DNA of 64,000 nt from Macrostomum hystrix (taxonomy: Eukaryota > Animalia > Platyhelminthes), in NCBI GenBank assembly GCA_950097015.1, contig CATNEN010000029.1, forward strand, positions 4,836,001 to 4,900,000. Direction: 5' to 3'. The translations under genes and the position numbers were made by a program. This document shows, piece after piece, positions 59,387-64,000 of this stretch. The notes below the pieces were generated by a model, which had not been told where the DNA came from, searched no databases, and was given only the letters and a program-made list of their open reading frames with translations. Within the stretch, counting starts at the first letter, position 1; each line of letters begins with the position of its first letter.

Positions 59387-62300
59387 TTACACAAGCACCC
59401 AATCAGCGTCGAGGGCGTCGGTGCTGACGTCACTGACCGCCTCGTCCTGCTGACCGTCAGTGGGGCGGGGCTGGTGCGCTCGTTTCAACTTGTTCACGTG
59501 GACGACGCGCCCTTTGACCTCTCCGTCCTTGTAATCGACTGGCCGCACCAGGTAGTTCACCGGCGAGGTCCTGCATAGAACTTTGAAGGGTCCTGTCCAT
59601 GGCGCCTGATGTTTAGGGGGCAGGCCGTTGGTCCTGGACAGCACGGCAGGCGGCACAAAAAGCCACACGGTGTCTCCAGCGCGGAACTTGCGCTTCTGGG
59701 CCTTCAAGTCGTAGTAGCGTCGCTGTCGTCGCTGAGCTGTCCCGGTCGCTCTCCGCACGGTGTCGAAGGCGTCTTGGAGCCTGTAAACTGTCTCCGCCGC
59801 GTACTGGCCGACGATCGCTGGGGGCTCCGGAACCCGATAGACCACATCAAGCGGCAGCACCACCTCCCGGCCGGTCATCAGGAAGTGCGGAGAAAATCCA
59901 GTTGTCGCATTGATGCTGCTCCGGTAAGCCAGAAGGCAATGCGGCAGAACGTCCTCCCAGTCCAACGGGTCGACTGCTTGAAGGTGGCAGCGCAGCATGT
60001 GATGAAGAGTGCGGTGGAATCTCTCAACAAGGCCATCACACTGCGGGTGGTAACCGGACGTCCGGGTCTTGCTGATGTCCAGCAGCTTGCAGAGGCTGCG
60101 GATGATGCGGCCGTCGATGCTACGACCACGATCAGAGTGGAGAATGTGCGGAGCGCCCCACCGCGCAATCCAGTTGTTGAAAAGCGCTGCGGCGATGGTT
60201 GTAGCCTTCTCGTCAGGAATTGGCACCAGCTCCACCCATTTGCTAAAATAATCAACGATTGTAAGCAGTCGATCGTTGCCGTTCTTGGAGACGCCGACCT
60301 TCACCACGTCAAAACCGACGCGCTGCATCGGAAAACCAGCTGCGATGGACTGCAGCGGTGCGCGCTTGATTACAGGCGTCTTGGCTCGCTGGCACGCTTC
60401 ACAGGAACGGACTGCCAGCCGGACGCTGTCAGCCATCTTCGGCCAGTAGTACCGCATCTTCAAGCTGGCTAGCGTCTTGTCTTCACCCAGATGGCCGATG
60501 CCGTGTATTTCGTCGATGATCCCGCGTTGCAGGCTGCAGGGCACGACGGGTACAGGCTTCGAGTTGATCAGCCGATGCATAATGCCATTCACGAAGCAGA
60601 GTTCATGCCCCTTCTGAGCCAGTAATAAGCTCTCAGGTGGCACACGATCTCGCTGCTGCTCGCTGAACTTAGATTTTCCGTCGGAAAGTAGCCGGAACAC
60701 CGGGCCGATGATCGGATCATGAAGCTGCTGCGTGCGCAACGGCTGCGCCGCGCCGCAGTCCGCTGGTGCTTTGCTGTCTTCAGGTGCCTCGTCTTCACTG
60801 CTCTCTTCTTCACTCTCATTCGGTAAAGGCCGAAGCTCCTGCTTGCGCCTTGACTGCAGGGCACTGACGTTGGTGACTTCCGTCACGGCTGCCGGGCGAG
60901 CTCCAGTCGGTCCTGACTGCCCTGCAGACGCCACGTTGACCCTGACGACGACAGCTGGCTCGACTTTGTCGTCGGTCTGACAGGCCACTGCGGAAGTCAC
61001 CTTGCTTGTGATTGCTGGATCTGGCCGGCAGACTCTACACTGGTTAGTGCATCGCTGCTGACGTCGAGAGAGAGAGTCGGCGTTGTTGTGCTGCCGTCCC
61101 GGTCGGAAAACCACCTTGAAGTCGAACTCGTCAAGCACCTGGAGCCACCGCGCCAGCTGCCCTTCGGGCTCCTTGAATGTCAGCAGGTGCGTCAAGGACT
61201 GGTGATCGACGCGCACAGTGAACCTTCTAGGCAGCAGATAAGTCCGAAACTTCCTGACGTGCTCAACGACCGAGAGCAGTTCTCGCCTTGTGACGCAGTA
61301 GTTTCGTTCGGCCTTCGAAAGCGCTCGGCTGGAGTACGCAATGACACGCTCCACGCCCGCCTGCACCTGGGAAAGCACCGCGCCGACGGCGCAATCACTG
61401 GCGTCCGTGTCCAAAATGTACTCGGAGCTGGTCGGGCTGGTGTCCGGAAAGGCTAGGATCGGTGCCGATGTCAGTGCCACCTTCAACTCGTTGAATGCAG
61501 CCTCCGCTGCCGGTGTCCACTGAAATCTCTCCGTCGGCAGGGTCAGGCGTCGAAGCGGTTCGGCGATCTTAGAGTAGTCCCGGACGAATCGCCGATAGTA
61601 AGATGTAAGGCCCAGGAAACTCTTGACCTCCTTGGAATTTCGCGGTGTCGGCCAATCGCGAACGGCCGCCGTCTTCGATTCGTCCACGGCGATGCCGGCC
61701 TTTGAGACTCGATGGCCGAGGGCAATCATTGACGTATTGGCAAAACGGCACTTAGATGGCTTCAGCCGCAAGTTTGCCTCCCGCAGACGCTCGAGCACTG
61801 CCCGCAGCCGATCATTATGCTCAGCGATTGTCCGGCCCATAATGATGACATCATCGATGAAGACCAGACAGGCTTGCCAGGTCAGGCCTTGGAGGACAAG
61901 TTGCATAAGTCGTTGAAATGTGGCTGGTGCGTTTCGGAGCCCAAACGGCATGACATTAAATTCAAAGAGGCCCTGATGACAGATGAAGGCAGTTTTCTCT
62001 TTGTCGCGCTCATCGACCTCGACCTGCCAATAACCACTCTCCAGGTCGAGTGCCGAAAAGTAGGCGTTGCCTTCCAGCGCGTCCAGAGTGTCATCGATGC
62101 GTGGGATCGGGAAAGCGTCTGGCTTGGTGACTTCGTTGAGCAACCGATAGTCCAAGCAGAACCGAGCTGTTCCGTCCTTCTTCTTAACTAGCACGATTGG
62201 CGACGCCCATGGCGATGATGACGGTCGAATGACCCCCTTGGCCAGCATGTCGTCGACTAGCTCTGCCTGCTTGTCGATGACGGGGCGCGCCGCTCGTCGA

Positions 62301-63373
62301 AGGCCCTGCCGAATCGGTTGTGCCACACCCGTGTCGATGCGGTGACGCAAGATGGCAGTCTGTCCGGTGCTGCCAGGTGACGCGAAGACGTCGGTGAACT
62401 CCAATAGCAGCTCCTTGACAGACTGTTGCTCTTCAGCCGAGATGCTGGGTTCGATTTGGATGCTACTAAGCCATTCAGCTGGTGGGCGCGCCACTACTGA
62501 AGCTGATGCTACGAATGTCATGTCTCTAGCAACCTTGCTGGCTGCAGTGGTCGCCACTGTCGCTGTTGAACCGACGACAGCCGCCGCTGTCGCCGATGAG
62601 CCAGCGGGGGCTAAGTGGATAAGCGGCTGACTTCCTAATGGCGAGAAGTTACCGATGGCGTCACCGTCCGTGATGCTGATCATCTGGTCACTGATGTTGA
62701 TTGCTGCCAACCCCATGCCACTGTCAGCAAGCTTTGCAATGCAGCGAGCCAGCAGAAGGCCTTGCCGCTTTGTCCCTGTGATGATGCCTGGGGCTGCTGA
62801 CTGAGTCCAAGAGGTAGGCTGCGCTGGTTTGATGGGAATGATCCAGTGCTGTCCAGGCTGCAGTTGCACAGAGGCCGCTGACACCAGCCTGCAAGTCTGT
62901 GGTGCTTCCTTGCTTTGCCGAATAGGGACTGAAACATTCACGCGATTGAATGTGATGCAGCCAGCTTGTAGGTGAATGGAGATGTCATGCTCACTTAGTA
63001 GGTCGCAGCCTAGGATGACTGATGCTGGATACAGCTTCTCTAGCACAACAAAACGATGCTGAATTCTCACAGTTCCAATCTGCAGTATCGCAGTTGTCTC
63101 ACCCAGCACAGGTTGTAAGTTTCCGTCCACGCCTTTGATGGTGATGTTGCTGGGCTGCAGCCGCCGCCTGGCCTTCTGACAGATGTTGGCACTGATGCAG
63201 GACACCTCTGCTCCGGTATCGATCAGGCAGTGGCGTCGTCGTCTGAAGATGCGCGCGGTCACGAAGCGTGCATTACTAGGCTGGCAGCTGCTGGGGCGTG
63301 GAACGGAGGCCAAATGTCTTAGTGCTGAGAGGGCCAGTGCTGGCCTCGTGGACCAGCCCCCTCGGCGTTTGGG
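59387..63373 (-). CDS. Gypsy Pol (PR-RT-RNase H-IN), uninterrupted
   Basis: LIDTGAEVS; CLDYRLLN, MPFGLRNAP, FIDD; DTDASDCAVGAVL; HGIGH..CEAC; DYFSKW, SDRG, GLVERFHRTL; WTGPF. The frame is open upstream of the listed TTG (63313) to the slippery site at 63373. Confidence 0.96.
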   Translation of the reverse strand, partial: PKRRGGWSTRPALALSALRHLASVPRPSSCQPSNARFVTARIFRRRRHCLIDTGAEVSCISANICQKARRRLQPSNITIKGVDGNLQPVLGETTAILQIGTVRIQHRFVVLEKLYPASVILGCDLLSEHDISIHLQAGCITFNRVNVSVPIRQSKEAPQTCRLVSAASVQLQPGQHWIIPIKPAQPTSWTQSAAPGIITGTKRQGLLLARCIAKLADSGMGLAAINISDQMISITDGDAIGNFSPLGSQPLIHLAPAGSSATAAAVVGSTATVATTAASKVARDMTFVASASVVARPPAEWLSSIQIEPSISAEEQQSVKELLLEFTDVFASPGSTGQTAILRHRIDTGVAQPIRQGLRRAARPVIDKQAELVDDMLAKGVIRPSSSPWASPIVLVKKKDGTARFCLDYRLLNEVTKPDAFPIPRIDDTLDALEGNAYFSALDLESGYWQVEVDERDKEKTAFICHQGLFEFNVMPFGLRNAPATFQRLMQLVLQGLTWQACLVFIDDVIIMGRTIAEHNDRLRAVLERLREANLRLKPSKCRFANTSMIALGHRVSKAGIAVDESKTAAVRDWPTPRNSKEVKSFLGLTSYYRRFVRDYSKIAEPLRRLTLPTERFQWTPAAEAAFNELKVALTSAPILAFPDTSPTSSEYILDTDASDCAVGAVLSQVQAGVERVIAYSSRALSKAERNYCVTRRELLSVVEHVRKFRTYLLPRRFTVRVDHQSLTHLLTFKEPEGQLARWLQVLDEFDFKVVFRPGRQHNNADSLSRRQQRCTNQCRVCRPDPAITSKVTSAVACQTDDKVEPAVVVRVNVASAGQSGPTGARPAAVTEVTNVSALQSRRKQELRPLPNESEEESSEDEAPEDSKAPADCGAAQPLRTQQLHDPIIGPVFRLLSDGKSKFSEQQRDRVPPESLLLAQKGHELCFVNGIMHRLINSKPVPVVPCSLQRGIIDEIHGIGHLGEDKTLASLKMRYYWPKMADSVRLAVRSCEACQRAKTPVIKRAPLQSIAAGFPMQRVGFDVVKVGVSKNGNDRLLTIVDYFSKWVELVPIPDEKATTIAAALFNNWIARWGAPHILHSDRGRSIDGRIIRSLCKLLDISKTRTSGYHPQCDGLVERFHRTLHHMLRCHLQAVDPLDWEDVLPHCLLAYRSSINATTGFSPHFLMTGREVVLPLDVVYRVPEPPAIVGQYAAETVYRLQDAFDTVRRATGTAQRRQRRYYDLKAQKRKFRAGDTVWLFVPPAVLSRTNGLPPKHQAPWTGPFKVLCRTSPVNYLVRPVDYKDGEVKGRVVHVNKLKRAHQPRPTDGQQDEAVSDVSTDALDADWVLV

Positions 63374-64000
63374 CAGTTGCGTCGGATGTGGCCTGGTCGA
63401 CTACAGCCGAAACAGACTGGGCCTGCAGCTACTGGCTGATGCTGCTCACGCCTCTCAGATGAGATCGGCCGCTGGTTAATAGGTTGCTTAGGCTGCACCG
63501 AAGCTTTAGGTGGCACTGGCAAGCTTTTTGGCAGAAACTCACTGCTAAATACTCGTCCTGATCCAGTGCTGCTACTGGCAGTAGCCATGTATGCCTGCGT
63601 CTCGCGAAACTGTTGGGCAATTCGCAGTGCTTGCTCCGCAGTCCCTGGCGGTACTGGCTGGTTCAGCAGTCTCTCCGTGACATAGTTGTCGTTGAGCCCG
63701 TGCATGAACTGCTCGAGGACCATCTGCTGTACGTAGGCTTGAGCTCTCACGTCCGGGTAGGCCCTTGCCGCCAATCGCTGTAGCTCCGTCAGGTATGTCT
63801 CGAATCGCTCTTCGGGGCGACGCTGCCGGGCACGGAATTCGCGACGAATAAGTGCAGCACTTTTCGAGCCACCGTGACGCGATCGGAGGTGCTCGACCAG
63901 GTTCTCGTAAGAAAGTTCCGGAAGCTGGTCCGGTGTTGTGCTCGGTGGGAGGCCAAAATGGGCGCACTGCATCGCCAGCCATGTGGTGTACGTTATGAAA
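63319..64000 (-). CDS. Gypsy Gag (partial; frame open to the window edge)
   Basis: RREFRARQRRPEERFETYLTELQRLAARAYP, EQFMHGL and the zinc knuckle CFGCSRPGHIRRNC. TAA at 63321-63319. Confidence 0.92.
   Translation of the reverse strand, partial: FITYTTWLAMQCAHFGLPPSTTPDQLPELSYENLVEHLRSRHGGSKSAALIRREFRARQRRPEERFETYLTELQRLAARAYPDVRAQAYVQQMVLEQFMHGLNDNYVTERLLNQPVPPGTAEQALRIAQQFRETQAYMATASSSTGSGRVFSSEFLPKSLPVPPKASVQPKQPINQRPISSERREQHQPVAAGPVCFGCSRPGHIRRNCPNAEGAGPRGQHWPSQH

Larger units (their letters stand above)
58338..64000 (-). mobile_element. Gypsy/Ty3 LTR retrotransposon internal region; 5' part lies outside the window and the 3' LTR is not resolved
   Basis: gag and pol are followed by ~1 kb of non-coding sequence. 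A weak PPT candidate AGAGGAG at 58344-58338 precedes TGTTGTG. The left boundary is tentative. Confidence 0.75.

Noticed and set aside
59609-62630. Antisense and alternate-frame ORFs over Gypsy pol (and over the LINE ORF2)
   Set aside because: They are shadow ORFs of GC-rich coding sequence with no recognisable motifs.

Overview
This is repeat-rich animal (invertebrate) genomic DNA, not prokaryotic: it has GT-AG introns, SINEs, LINEs and LTR elements. The species cannot be determined from the sequence. All family calls rest on motifs recalled from memory, with no database search. From left to right the window holds: (1) the 3' 4.5 kb of an apparently intact APE-RT-RNase H non-LTR retrotransposon; (2) three intronless 193-aa Rac-family GTPase genes with a 5'-truncated LINE between two of them; (3) an intronless, divergent tubulin-tyrosine-ligase-like (TTLL) gene with an overlapping +1 ORF; (4) two foldback elements with tandem-repeat arms (probably Mutator-like) flanking a small membrane-protein ORF; (5) a 4-exon PHACTR-like gene; (6) a non-autonomous Harbinger element; (7) a 5-exon CBARP/BARP-like gene whose introns hold several satellites and a decayed BEL/Pao LTR element; (8) a junction of a Crypton-type tyrosine recombinase fragment, a third foldback arm and a piggyBac relic; (9) an intact-looking Gypsy gag-pol that runs off the right edge. 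I cannot demonstrate a wholly new system. The best leads are the foldback family (shared GGGAGC termini, different 14-16 bp arrays, one arm abutting a recombinase fragment), the atypical TTLL with a possible frameshifted tail, and the diversified intronless Rac cluster.
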